Assembly: GCA_965218295.1 (NCBI GenBank)
Contig: CBDCKN010000017.1
Span: 1-64,000 of the forward strand
Direction of reading: 5' to 3'
From: Longimicrobiales bacterium
GTDB taxonomy: Bacteria; Gemmatimonadota; Gemmatimonadetes; Longimicrobiales; Gaopeijiaceae
DNA: 64,000 nt
This document shows, piece after piece, positions 39,988 through 49,795 of the stretch (position 1 is its first letter; each line of letters starts with the position of its first letter). A program made the position numbers and the translations under genes. The notes under the pieces are model-generated. The model saw nothing but the letters and a program-made list of their open reading frames with translations. It was not told where the DNA came from and made no database searches.

Positions 39988-40644
39988 CTAGACCTCGTGG
40001 TCCCGGACGTATGGGATCAACGCCAGATACCGGGCCCGCTTGATGGCACGTCCGAGCTGTCGCTGGAAGCGGGCCGTGACCTTCGTCGTACGCTTCGGCA
40101 AGATCTTGCCCTGCTCGGTCATGAACTGAGACAGCGTCGAAACGTCCTTGTAGTTGAGGAGCTCGATGACCGGCCCCTCCATACGACGCCGGCGTCCCCG
40201 GCCACCGCTGAACTCAGGGGGGCTGTGCCGCACCGGTGCGTCGTCATCGGTCTCGGACGCTTCGTCCTCGGGATCCGCATGGTCGTCATCGTCGTCATCA
40301 TCTTCTTTTTGAGTGCGGGGGGGGCGCTCTCCGAGGGTCGACCTCCCGGACGTAGGCTCCCCCTCGTTCACGACGACCAGGTACCGCATGAGGTCGGTGT
40401 CGAGTCTGAGCACCCGCTCGAACTCCGGAAGTCCGTCGGAGCCGGCGCGAACCTGCGCCACCACGTAATTGCCTGTCTTCTGCTTCTTCACGGGGTAGGC
40501 CATCTGACGCACCCCCCAGTGATCGACAGCCATGACTTCGCCGTCGCTTCCGATCACGAGGGGATGGAACTTCTCCAGCTTCTTATTGACCGCATCTTCA
40601 TCGAGGGTAGCGTCGAAGATGTAGACGATCTCGTATAGCCGCAT
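39988..40644 (-). CDS. rpsF-rpsR: Fused 30S ribosomal proteins S6-S18 (218 aa)
   Basis: S6 motifs MRLYEIVYIF...WGVRQMAYPVKK...MRYLVV, acidic linker, S18 motifs NYKDVSTLSQFMTEQGKILPKRTT...QRQLGRAIKRARYLALIPY; no stop between. Confidence 0.92.
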   Translation of the reverse strand: MRLYEIVYIFDATLDEDAVNKKLEKFHPLVIGSDGEVMAVDHWGVRQMAYPVKKQKTGNYVVAQVRAGSDGLPEFERVLRLDTDLMRYLVVVNEGEPTSGRSTLGERPPRTQKEDDDDDDDHADPEDEASETDDDAPVRHSPPEFSGGRGRRRRMEGPVIELLNYKDVSTLSQFMTEQGKILPKRTTKVTARFQRQLGRAIKRARYLALIPYVRDHEV

Positions 40645-40650
40645 GGTTGT

Positions 40651-40701
40651 TCTCCCACGGTCCGTATGTACACGGGCCCCGCCACGCGGGCGGAGCGGGA
40701 T
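40651..40701 (-). promoter_or_regulatory. Putative S6:S18 autoregulatory leader RNA
   Basis: ATCCC can pair with the GGGAG SD; unpaired TCCG precedes hairpin CCCGC-GTG-GCGGG; second hairpin CCGTG-TACA-TACGG; TATATT -10-like hexamer at 40711-40716. Confidence 0.55.
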
Positions 40702-40813
40702 GAGCCAGTTAATATATGCCATGCCCGTGCGTTTTGTACCCCCGCGCAGCCACCGGCATGAGGGTGGTAAGCTACCGGGGATAGAGTTCCAAGACCGCCC
40801 GCCGGGACCATTC

Positions 40814-42010
40814 CTAGGAGAGCTCCTCTTGTAGCGCGAGGATCAGGTCCGGGTAACGGGCGTAGGCCCAACGGGCTTCCTCTACGTCGAGCCGCTCGCG
40901 ATTGGTGTGAGCGAAGCGCTCCTCACCCGGAGCGAACCCCACAGTGGGGATGCCGAAAACGCCTCGACTCCATCCACCGTCGGTGGCGAACGTCCACGGA
41001 CGCACCCTGGCTGGCCCCTCGCCGTCGCGGCGCCCCACCGCGGAAGCCGCAGCTAGGACCAGGGGATCGAGTGGCTCCATGAGGAAGCCGGGAGTGAACA
41101 GGCTCCGCTCACACGTTACTCCCGTGTAGGTCGCCTGCCGTTCCCTGGCCATGGATGTGGTTACGCTGAACCCGTCCGGAAGCTTCCCGAGCCGACGATC
41201 CACGGCCTCCCGCACGCGCGAGGTCATGGCCTCGTCGTCAGTGCCAGGCAGAACCCTCCAGTCCAGGACGATGGTGACGCGGTCGGGAATCACGTTCCGG
41301 CTCTCCGGCAGGACGTCCACACCAGTCGCCACCAGGCTAGACGCACCTAGAACCGGATCCTCCGGCTGGTCACGTGCCAGCTCGTGGACGGCGGCGAGTA
41401 CTTCAGGGACGGGGTCCAGGGCGTTGTGGGCCCGGTCCGGGGCGGAGGCGTGGCCGGCGAGACCGTGCACCACCACCTCGACCTCTCCCCGCCCCCGGTG
41501 GCCGATGCAGACGTCTCCTTGCGTCGATTCCCCGATCACCACGGCGCCCGGCTCCACACTCCCGGACTCGAGGAGGTGCTTCATGCCCAGACCACCCCGC
41601 TCCTCGAAGACCGTGTGCGCCACGACCACGTCTCCCGCGGCACGCCCGGTCAAGGCGGCGGCAGCGTACGTCTGCAGGGCCAGTGGACCCTTGATATCCA
41701 TGGACCCGCGACCATGAAGGAAACCCGCCGAGATGTCTCCTCCGAATGGCGGGTGCTCCCACTCGGCATGATCGCCCTCGGCCACCACATCGGTGTGGCA
41801 GTTGAGGAGCACGGGCGGGGCGGCTCCCCGGCCCATCACGCGGCCGATGACGTTCCCCACCTCGTCGATACGAACGTCTTGCAGGCCCAGGGCCTCCATC
41901 TCGCTGCGAATCCGATCGGCCACTTCACCTTCTTGCCCCGAGGGCGAGGGGATACGGATCAGGTCCTGGGCGAACGCCAGGGCGTTCTCGAAGCTGGGAT
42001 CTTTTGTCAT
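40814..42010 (-). CDS. M20/M25/M40-family metallo-hydrolase (ArgE/DapE/YgeY-like)
   Basis: NCHTDVV, GRGSMDIKG, FEE, GHAS, FATDG, AHTNRE. Confidence 0.88.
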   Translation of the reverse strand: MTKDPSFENALAFAQDLIRIPSPSGQEGEVADRIRSEMEALGLQDVRIDEVGNVIGRVMGRGAAPPVLLNCHTDVVAEGDHAEWEHPPFGGDISAGFLHGRGSMDIKGPLALQTYAAAALTGRAAGDVVVAHTVFEERGGLGMKHLLESGSVEPGAVVIGESTQGDVCIGHRGRGEVEVVVHGLAGHASAPDRAHNALDPVPEVLAAVHELARDQPEDPVLGASSLVATGVDVLPESRNVIPDRVTIVLDWRVLPGTDDEAMTSRVREAVDRRLGKLPDGFSVTTSMARERQATYTGVTCERSLFTPGFLMEPLDPLVLAAASAVGRRDGEGPARVRPWTFATDGGWSRGVFGIPTVGFAPGEERFAHTNRERLDVEEARWAYARYPDLILALQEELS

Positions 42011-42031
42011 GGCTCGTGGGTCCGGGCGGCC

Positions 42032-44149
42032 CTACCCGAACAGGCGGGCAACCCAGCCAAGGAGACCGGAGATCCGGCCGCCCGCGTCGATCTCGTGCAC
42101 TCGCACGAACCACGGCGCGAGCACGAGTGACACGACGCTCATCAGCTTGATGAGAATGTTGAGAGACGGCCCCGAGGTGTCCTTGAACGGGTCTCCCACC
42201 GTGTCACCGACGATCGCGGCCTTGTGGGGCTCGGAGCCCTTGCCTCCGTGGGCGCCAGCCTCGATGAGCTTCTTGGCGTTGTCCCATGCGCCCCCGGCAT
42301 TTGCCATGAAGAGCGCCATGAGCACGCCGGTGACCGTGGCACCGGCCAGGAGTCCGCCCAGGGCTTCGACGCCCAGGAAGCGGCCCACCAGCACCGGAGA
42401 GACGATGGCCATCACGCCGGGGAGGATCATCTCGCGAAGCGCGGCATCGGTGGAGATCTCTACACACCGTGCCGAATCCGGCTTCTCGGTTCCCTTCATG
42501 ATGCCCGGCCTCTCCCGGAACTGCCGACGGACCTCCTCGACCATGCCCTGAGCGGCGCGCCCCACCGCAGTCATGGTGAGCGCAGCTATGAAGAACGGGA
42601 GCATGCCACCGAGGAACAGGCCGATGACGACGATGGGCTTCACGAGATCGATCCCCGTCTCCGCCAGCCCGACCTTCGAGCTGTACGCCGAGAACAGCGC
42701 CAGCGCCGTGAGCGCGGCGGAGCCGATGGCAAAGCCCTTGCCCTGGGCGGCGGTCGTGTTGCCGATGGCGTCCAGCGAGTCGGTGATCGCGCGAGTCTCC
42801 GGTCCCAAGCCGCTCATCTCGCTGATACCACCCGCGTTGTCGGCAATGGGCCCGTAGGCGTCCACGGACATGGTGACACCCACCGTGGCCAGCATGCCGA
42901 CAGCGGCAATGCCGATGCCGTAGAGACCGGCGGACGTGAACGATGCGTAGATGGCGATACAGATGAGCAGGATGGGGACGACCGTCGACTCCATGCCCAC
43001 GGCCAGCCCGGTTATGAGATTCGTGGCCGCGCCGGTCTTGCTGGCCTCGGCGATCTTCCTGACGGGCTTCGAGGACGTGTAGTACTCGGTAACAAGCCCG
43101 ATGGCTGTACCCACCAGAGTGCCCGCGACGATGGCGAACCAGGGCCCCAGGGCAGGATAGATCCGGCCACCCTCCACCATCTGGAGGTCCAGCGCGCGGA
43201 CGATGAAGAACATGGCCACGAGGAAGAGGCCAGCGGCGATGAAGGTGACGTTCCGAAGAGCTGCGGCCGGGTCCGTGCGCTCGAGGGCCTTCATCATGCC
43301 GACTCCGACCAGCGAGGCGATGAGACCCACCATGACCGTAAAGATTGGGAGCGCTATGGCGTTGCCGACGTTTCCGGCCAGAGACGCCGCAGTCGCCGCG
43401 ATGGCGATGGTGGCGATGACCGAGCCGACATAAGACTCGAAGATGTCCGCCCCCATGCCCGCCACGTCGCCGACGTTGTCGCCGACGTTGTCGGCGATGG
43501 TCGCTGGGTTCCGGGGGTCGTCCTCGGGAATCCCCGCCTCGACCTTCCCCACGAGATCCGCTCCGACGTCTGCAGCCTTTGTGTAGATCCCACCTCCGAC
43601 GCGGGCGAAGAGGGCAATGGAACTGGCGCCCATGGCAAATCCAGAGATGATTTCCGCAAACCTGGCGTGCTCGGCAGCACCGATGGCCGTGGCCCCGAAG
43701 AACCAATAGAGCGCCCCAATGCCCACCAGGCCGAGGGCCGCCACGCAGAGTCCCATCACCGCTCCACCGAAGAACGCGACCCGGAGCGCCTTGCCCTGCC
43801 CTTCCTGGTTGGCCGCGGCGGAGGTTCGTACGTTCGCCCGCGTCGCGGCGGTCATGCCGAAGAACCCGGCCATGACCGAGCAGAGCACCCCCACAAGATA
43901 GGCGAGGGCCGTCAGGCCTGAGACCGCCCATGCCAACAGGGCGGCCACAATCACGACGAAAACGCCCAGCATGTAGTATTCTCGGCGCAGGAAGGCCATG
44001 GCCCCCTGATAGATCTGGTCGGCCAGCTCATCCATCGCCTCGCTTCCCACCGACTGACCCTTCACGTAGCGATAGATGATCCCGGCCACCACCAGGCCCA
44101 CGAGGCCCAGCGCCCAGGACCAGCTGGTAATCGTCACGAATTGGCTCAT
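42032..44149 (-). CDS. hppA: Membrane ion-translocating pyrophosphatase, K+-dependent type (probably Na+-PPase)
   Basis: [33 protein letters not shown] (Ala marks K+-dependence), [10 protein letters not shown]. Confidence 0.95.
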   Translation of the reverse strand: MSQFVTITSWSWALGLVGLVVAGIIYRYVKGQSVGSEAMDELADQIYQGAMAFLRREYYMLGVFVVIVAALLAWAVSGLTALAYLVGVLCSVMAGFFGMTAATRANVRTSAAANQEGQGKALRVAFFGGAVMGLCVAALGLVGIGALYWFFGATAIGAAEHARFAEIISGFAMGASSIALFARVGGGIYTKAADVGADLVGKVEAGIPEDDPRNPATIADNVGDNVGDVAGMGADIFESYVGSVIATIAIAATAASLAGNVGNAIALPIFTVMVGLIASLVGVGMMKALERTDPAAALRNVTFIAAGLFLVAMFFIVRALDLQMVEGGRIYPALGPWFAIVAGTLVGTAIGLVTEYYTSSKPVRKIAEASKTGAATNLITGLAVGMESTVVPILLICIAIYASFTSAGLYGIGIAAVGMLATVGVTMSVDAYGPIADNAGGISEMSGLGPETRAITDSLDAIGNTTAAQGKGFAIGSAALTALALFSAYSSKVGLAETGIDLVKPIVVIGLFLGGMLPFFIAALTMTAVGRAAQGMVEEVRRQFRERPGIMKGTEKPDSARCVEISTDAALREMILPGVMAIVSPVLVGRFLGVEALGGLLAGATVTGVLMALFMANAGGAWDNAKKLIEAGAHGGKGSEPHKAAIVGDTVGDPFKDTSGPSLNILIKLMSVVSLVLAPWFVRVHEIDAGGRISGLLGWVARLFG

Positions 44150-44216
44150 CAGGCTCCTCGTGCTGTTGACAGCGTCTTTGACAGCATCAGCGTGAAACGC
44201 ACGGCCTCCGCGCGGA

Positions 44217-44780
44217 TCACCGGTTGCACTGGTTCATCGCCTCCTCGATACCATCCGTCATCCAGACCTCCACGGCCTTGCTGAGCTCTGGAAGAAGCGC
44301 CACCACCACGTCCTCGTCCGCACTCCCCATGGGTGACAGCACCCAGTCGGAGAGGTCCTCGCCATCCTGCGCCTGCCCGACTCCCACGCGTAACCGCCCG
44401 TACTCCTCGGTGCCGAGGGCACCGGATACCGACTTCAGGCCCTTGTGGCCACCGGACCCACCTCCGGGTCGGAAGCGCACACGGCCCAGGCCCAGCGCCG
44501 CGTCATCCGACACGACCAACAGGTCCTGGCCGACGTCGAATTCCCGAATCGTAGCGAGGGCGACGAGGGCCGCCCCGCTATTGTTCATGAATGTGGTTGG
44601 CTTCATGAGGCGGGCTGGAACGTCGCCCACCATACCGTCTACCTGCAGGCTTCGGCCTTTCTTCTCGAAGGTCCCGAAGCCCCAGTCGTAGGCGAGCCGG
44701 TCCACGACCCACCAGCCCACGTTGTGCCGGGTGTCGTCGTATTCGGGCCCGGGATTGCCGAGCCCGACGATCACCTTCAC
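44217..44780 (-). CDS. pth: Peptidyl-tRNA hydrolase
   Basis: [35 protein letters not shown]. Confidence 0.95.
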   Translation of the reverse strand: MKVIVGLGNPGPEYDDTRHNVGWWVVDRLAYDWGFGTFEKKGRSLQVDGMVGDVPARLMKPTTFMNNSGAALVALATIREFDVGQDLLVVSDDAALGLGRVRFRPGGGSGGHKGLKSVSGALGTEEYGRLRVGVGQAQDGEDLSDWVLSPMGSADEDVVVALLPELSKAVEVWMTDGIEEAMNQCNR

Positions 44781-44803
44781 GACACGAGATCCGACGAGTG
44801 CGA

Positions 44804-45508
44804 TCAGCCCTCGGAGTCCTCGTCTCCACCCGCGGAAGCATCGGCATCGTCGGCGGGGGCTCCCTCTGCACCCTCTGCACCCTCTTCCCCTTCGACCTCG
44901 ACGCCCTCTTCCAGCTCCTCCTCCTCTTCCTCTTCGACGACCTCGACCTTGGGCACAGCCACGAGGCACAGTGTCCGGATGGGATCGGTCAGGAGCTCCA
45001 CATCCCCCTCGACCTGGATCTCCCTGGCGTGGATCAAGTCACCGATCTCCAGCCCGGAGACGTCGACCTCAATGATCTCGGGGATCTTGGACGGGACGCA
45101 CTTGACCCGGAGCTCATGGAGGATCACTTCCAGAACGCCGCCATCCTTCACGCCCTCTGGAGTCCCCATGTAGTTGACGGGAACGTCGACTTCGATAGCC
45201 ACACCTCTCTGGATGCGGTAGAAATCGACGTGGACGATGTCCGGCCGGAACGAGTGCATCTGGATCTCGCGCACCAGCGTTTCCAACTCCTCGGCCTCGT
45301 CCTCGATCTTCACGTTAACGATCGTGTTCTCCACGGAGATGGAGTGGAAAAGGTGACCGGTTTCCTGAGCATCGACCGTAAGCGCGATGGGATCCTGACC
45401 CTTGCCGTAGAGCACAGCCGGGATCTGACCCGCCGCCCGAATCCTCCGCGCCGCACCCTTACCGGTCTCGCTGCGCCGCTTCGCCGTAAGTCCCGACTTA
45501 ACACTCAT
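44804..45508 (-). CDS. rplY: 50S ribosomal protein L25/Ctc
   Basis: GKGAARRIR..GQIPAVLYG, HVDF, acidic tail. Confidence 0.95.
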   Translation of the reverse strand: MSVKSGLTAKRRSETGKGAARRIRAAGQIPAVLYGKGQDPIALTVDAQETGHLFHSISVENTIVNVKIEDEAEELETLVREIQMHSFRPDIVHVDFYRIQRGVAIEVDVPVNYMGTPEGVKDGGVLEVILHELRVKCVPSKIPEIIEVDVSGLEIGDLIHAREIQVEGDVELLTDPIRTLCLVAVPKVEVVEEEEEEELEEGVEVEGEEGAEGAEGAPADDADASAGGDEDSEG

Positions 45509-45558
45509 TTTCTCGTTCCTGGTCTCTTGTAGTTCCGCCGAGACATGGGGCCTCTCGG

Positions 45559-46524
45559 CTACGCCTCGACGGCCAGCTCGAACAGCTTGGTCACCGATTC
45601 GTTCTTGTGAACGCACTCGATGGCCTTCGCGAAAAGACTGGCCACCGAAAGTATCTTCAGGCCCTCGAAGCGCCGCTCCTCCGGAACGTGGATCGTGTTG
45701 GTCACCACGAACTCTTCGAGGGGGGCCGCAGCCAGCTTCTCCACCGCGTTCCCGGAGAGCAGGGCGTGGGTGGCGCCTGCGTAGACACTCTTCGCCCCTC
45801 GGTCGCACAGCGCCTGCACGGCGTTTGCCAGCGTCCCACTCGTATCGACCATGTCGTCCACGAGAAGGCATGTCCGGCCGTCGACCTCACCGACCACATT
45901 CAGGACCTCGGCTTCGTTCGCGGCGGGTCGCCTCTTGTCGATGATGGCGAAGGTCCCGTCGAGCCGCTTCGCGAATCCCCTGGCCATCTTCGCCGAACCC
46001 ACATCGGGCGCCACCACTACCAGATCCGGCAGTCTCTTCTCCCGGAAGTAGTGGGTCAGGACCGGCGCGGCGTACAGATGGTCCACCGGGATGTCGAAGA
46101 ACCCCTGGATCTGATGCTGATGGAAGTCCATCCCGATGAGTCGGTCCGCACCGGCCGCCACCATGAGATTCGCCACCAACTTCGCCCCGATGGCCACACG
46201 AGGTTGGTCCTTGCGGTCCTGCCGGCCGTACCCGAAGTACGGGACGACTGCCGTAACCTGAGCCGCCGACGCGCGTTTCGCGGCATCGATCAGCAAGAGC
46301 AGCTCCATGATACTGTCGGCCGGAGCCACGGTCGGCTGAATGATGTAAACGTCGCGTCCACGGGCATTCCGATCGATACGAACGAAGATCTCCCCGTCGG
46401 CGAAATCACGGATAGTGGCCGACTCGGCGTCCTCCCCGAGGATCTGTCCGATCTCCACTCCGAGCGGGCGGTTGGCCCGTCCTGTAAGCAGGAGGAGCGG
46501 TCCTCTGCGAAACGTGTCGTCCAT
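45559..46524 (-). CDS. prs: Ribose-phosphate pyrophosphokinase
   Basis: FADGE, PYFGYGRQDRK, VAPDVG, DDMVDTSGT. Confidence 0.96.
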   Translation of the reverse strand: MDDTFRRGPLLLLTGRANRPLGVEIGQILGEDAESATIRDFADGEIFVRIDRNARGRDVYIIQPTVAPADSIMELLLLIDAAKRASAAQVTAVVPYFGYGRQDRKDQPRVAIGAKLVANLMVAAGADRLIGMDFHQHQIQGFFDIPVDHLYAAPVLTHYFREKRLPDLVVVAPDVGSAKMARGFAKRLDGTFAIIDKRRPAANEAEVLNVVGEVDGRTCLLVDDMVDTSGTLANAVQALCDRGAKSVYAGATHALLSGNAVEKLAAAPLEEFVVTNTIHVPEERRFEGLKILSVASLFAKAIECVHKNESVTKLFELAVEA

Positions 46525-46566
46525 TGACCTCAGCTCGAATGTGGCGCTAGGCAGCAACAGCCAAAA

Positions 46567-46594
46567 AAGTTAGAGCTAAGGAGGGGGGCGTCAA
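46567..46594 (-). promoter_or_regulatory. Sigma70-type promoter of prs-rplY-pth
   Basis: TTGACG-N16-TAACTT, the same hexamers as the ffs promoter. Confidence 0.6.
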
Positions 46595-46629
46595 CGCCAA
46601 ACCCCTTGTGGCTGGCTGCGTTCGGGCCT

Positions 46630-48480
46630 TCAAGGAGAGACGCCGACGGCCCTGGTTCGAACCAGCGGTTCGCGGCCTCGAATGGACACCTCGAGTCGAA
46701 AGAGATACTCCCCGGGCTCCAGGTCGGGCATGTCCACCTTCACAGAGCGGAACCAGGGTCCCGTCTCGACGGGACCGGGCTCTCTCCAACCGATCTGGAG
46801 AGGCTCGTCACGTCCTCCGCCGAAGCCCAGCCAGCGCCCCACCTTGCCGAAGAACCCCTCCCCTTCTTTGTAGAGGCTCAACACGAAGTCCACGTTCTCC
46901 TGCCGCCAGCCCAACCCGAAGATCTCCCAACCGACCGCTATCTCTTGCCCCGAGGACAGCTCGAGTGACGGTCGCATGAGCGGCAGGGCCAGGTCGAGCT
47001 GCTGCGGCAGTGAATCGGCGGAGTAGAGAATGATCAGGTCGGAGAGGGTGGCCAGATCCTCGGGGATCGTATCCGTCACGATCCCATGCCGCAGGCGTCC
47101 ACCCCGACCTGTCGTTGGCAACCAGGCCTCGAGGCTCAGAAGGTACCGACCCGCCGGCACGGAGAGTGCGAGCACGCTCTCGCTGTCGCCTCGATGCCGC
47201 GCTTCCCTGAATCGCCTCTCGGAATCGATCAGGAAGAGGCCTACCTGGTCGGGCTCGTCCAGGAGCCCCGGCTGCGCCCACGCAAACGGGCCATCCGGCT
47301 CGTCGGAGGGGACCTCGCTGGGAAACGACTGCGCGGCCGAAGAGTCTGATGGCTCGGGCATCCTCGTGGCGGCTGCCACCAGGATGGAGTCCCCCCGGTG
47401 AAAAACGGCTACCTGCCCGACCCCCGGCTCGAGATCGGGAGAGTACGCCGCGACGTGGGCGCTCCGGGGGTGCTCGGCCGGAATCCACGCACCGGGCTCG
47501 GTCTGCGACGGCCGCCCCAGCACGAACCCGGGTGGCACGAACTCCCGCGCATCCGGGTGGGAGTGTCCGATGGTGCTCCCGTCGGGACGGACGAAACCCA
47601 CGTTCGGTCGGCGTCTCTCCCAACCCTTCTCCCATCCGTAGCGAACCGTCAGTTCCTCGAGATCGCTTCCCCAGCGAAGTCTATGCGGGTTGCGGGCGCG
47701 ATCGCTCATCTGGGAGAACGTCCACCGAGCATAGTGCTCCGTCTCTCGATCGTTTCCCGGCATCAGGTACAGTGGATCGGCGAGATGCCAGAACGTGGCC
47801 CTCAGCGCCTCCCACTCCTCTTCGAAGGCGTCGTTCATCAGGTCTTGGGCCTTCCCGTCCAGGAGGATCTCGGGATCGCGCCACTTGCGCGCCTCCTCCG
47901 GATCCATGTCGGCGAGTCCGTGCCGGAAGGCCGCCATGGCCGGCCCGTAATCCCCCGCACCGTGAAGAGCGAACCCCGCGAGTACGTCGCACCACCAGTT
48001 CGGCTCGACGCCGCACGCTCCGGCCAACTGCGCAGCCTCTCTCCAGCGGCCCGCCTCGGCCAGGTAGAAGACCCGCTGCCCGAGTATCCACCTGTCACCC
48101 GTAATCTGCGCGGAAAGTTCGGAGAGCTCGGTCAGCAGTGCTTCCCGCAAATCCACCAGCTCCGGTGGATCCGGAATGGGTTTCCAGCTGTCGTCCCCGG
48201 AGTGCCACATGCAGAACCGCCCTACTCGGTTCTCGCAGGGGCGGCCGCTCTCGGCAAAAGCCCACGGCAGGAGGCGATGGCGTCGGCGCTCGAAGCGAGC
48301 TTGAGCGTCTCGGGCCTTTCCGAGCACGTCGGAGGAGTCGGGGCCCATGGGCCGGGGAGGCTCCTGTAGAACCCCCGGAGTCGAATCCCGCGCGGTGGTG
48401 GCGAGGGCTCTACTTTCCCCGGGTCCGAACCCCAATCCCATGGCCACGAAGAGTGCGGGTCCGATCAGGATCCGGGTCAT
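46630..48480 (-). CDS. Secreted protein with TPR-like and GWxTD-like regions
   Basis: Signal-like N-terminus; FWHLADPLYLMPGNDRETEHYARW...RWGSDLEELTVRYG resembles a GWxTD domain; beta-rich C-terminus. Confidence 0.55.
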   Translation of the reverse strand: MTRILIGPALFVAMGLGFGPGESRALATTARDSTPGVLQEPPRPMGPDSSDVLGKARDAQARFERRRHRLLPWAFAESGRPCENRVGRFCMWHSGDDSWKPIPDPPELVDLREALLTELSELSAQITGDRWILGQRVFYLAEAGRWREAAQLAGACGVEPNWWCDVLAGFALHGAGDYGPAMAAFRHGLADMDPEEARKWRDPEILLDGKAQDLMNDAFEEEWEALRATFWHLADPLYLMPGNDRETEHYARWTFSQMSDRARNPHRLRWGSDLEELTVRYGWEKGWERRRPNVGFVRPDGSTIGHSHPDAREFVPPGFVLGRPSQTEPGAWIPAEHPRSAHVAAYSPDLEPGVGQVAVFHRGDSILVAAATRMPEPSDSSAAQSFPSEVPSDEPDGPFAWAQPGLLDEPDQVGLFLIDSERRFREARHRGDSESVLALSVPAGRYLLSLEAWLPTTGRGGRLRHGIVTDTIPEDLATLSDLIILYSADSLPQQLDLALPLMRPSLELSSGQEIAVGWEIFGLGWRQENVDFVLSLYKEGEGFFGKVGRWLGFGGGRDEPLQIGWREPGPVETGPWFRSVKVDMPDLEPGEYLFRLEVSIRGREPLVRTRAVGVSP

Positions 48481-48730
48481 GATCCGCGTCCGTGCATCAT
48501 GCGCATTGCGGCAACGGCACCTCGAATAGCGGGAGCGGCCCGGATCGGGCCGACCTGTCCCCACCGGAGAACTCGACCTCCACAAAACGGCCTAACGTGG
48601 GCGGAGCGCCACACTTCCGGATACGGGTCGACCTCCTAGGGCACGACATCGGAGGAAAGGTTGTCCCGGCCCCTTGGATGGGCAAGAACAACCCCCGGGA
48701 AAGCCGAACGATCACGGGGGTTCTGGAGAG

Positions 48731-48801
48731 TTGGCCCGGATGGATTCGAACCATCACCGCCGGTGCCAAAGACCGGTGTCCTGCCATTAGACGACGGGCC
48801 A
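48731..48801 (-). tRNA. tRNA-Gln(TTG), CCA not encoded
   Basis: TGGCCCG acceptor stem, anticodon arm CCGGT-CTTTGGC-ACCGG, GGTTCGAATCC T-arm; usual ispE/prs neighbourhood. Confidence 0.95.
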
Positions 48802-48907
48802 TGAAGGAAAGTGCAGCTGTCCCTGCTGGACGGACCCTCGGGCACGAAGCAGGTGACACAATCCTACCCGAGGGCCGTCCTCGGTTCAACCCGTGACGCC
48901 CGAGGAT

Positions 48908-49795
48908 CTACGACGCGAAGGTGGGACTCGGCTGGGTCGCCAGCGTGTGTGTGACCACGAATCGGACGTCGCTCCAGGCGGCTGACAGCGACTCCCGCGC
49001 CGACTCCGCAGACGCCTTCTCGTCGAACAGTGCAAAGAGCGCCCCGCCGCTTCCCGCAAGCCGGGCCGTGAGGGCGCCCTGACAGTCCATCGCTTCCCTC
49101 AGCGCGCCCAGCCGTGGATGGCGAGCGAAGACCGAGGCCTCGAAATCGTTCACGGAAATCTCGGCGAGACCCTCGGATTGCTCGAACGCGACCGGGTCGT
49201 GAACAGACGGCGTGACCCCAGCCCGGGCGCCGAGCTCCCCATAGGCATCGGCTGTGGACACCTTCACGGATGATAGAGCCAACAGTACCGTGACGTCGTC
49301 GTGCCCGGGGATACTCAGGAGCCGCTCCCCGCGCCCCCGGGCCAGCGCTCTCCCGGCTCCGGACGCGAAGAAAGGAACGTCGGCGCCCAGGTCGACGCCC
49401 AGAAGGACCAGGTCCGACTGAGGCACCGGGCTGCCGAGGAGTACGTTCAGCGCCCGCAGCGTCGCCCCCGCATCCGACGATCCACCCCCCAGCCCGGCGC
49501 CTGCCGGGATGTTTTTCGTCAGGCGAATCCGAACACCCACATCTGCCGAGGCGGCCTCGAGGAATCTCCGCGCCGCCCGGTAGGCCAGGTTCTGCTCCTC
49601 CGGTCCAACGTCGGGCCCGACCACCTCCACCGACACACCGTCGCCCGCACGCTCCAGGCGTAGCTCGTCGCAGAAGTCGACGGCGGCGAAGAGCGTCTCA
49701 ATCTGATGATATCCGGAAGTCTCCTGAGCGAGGACCCGAAGGAAGAGGTTGATCTTGGCCGGGGCACGCACGTGCACAACGCCGTGATCAGGCAT
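48908..49795 (-). CDS. ispE: 4-diphosphocytidyl-2-C-methyl-D-erythritol kinase
   Basis: APAKINLFL, KNIPAGAGLGGGSSDA, GADVPFF, NDFE, GSG. Confidence 0.95.
   Translation of the reverse strand: MPDHGVVHVRAPAKINLFLRVLAQETSGYHQIETLFAAVDFCDELRLERAGDGVSVEVVGPDVGPEEQNLAYRAARRFLEAASADVGVRIRLTKNIPAGAGLGGGSSDAGATLRALNVLLGSPVPQSDLVLLGVDLGADVPFFASGAGRALARGRGERLLSIPGHDDVTVLLALSSVKVSTADAYGELGARAGVTPSVHDPVAFEQSEGLAEISVNDFEASVFARHPRLGALREAMDCQGALTARLAGSGGALFALFDEKASAESARESLSAAWSDVRFVVTHTLATQPSPTFAS

Noticed and set aside
42204..43931. Long alternative-frame and antisense ORFs (575 and 565 aa) over hppA, and similar ones over recA, alaS, cinA and tolC
   Set aside because: Typical GC-rich codon-bias shadows with no recognisable motifs
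48480..48730. Integrated element at tRNA-Gln
   Set aside because: No integrase and no duplicated tRNA 3' end seen; only a hairpin at about 48690-48722
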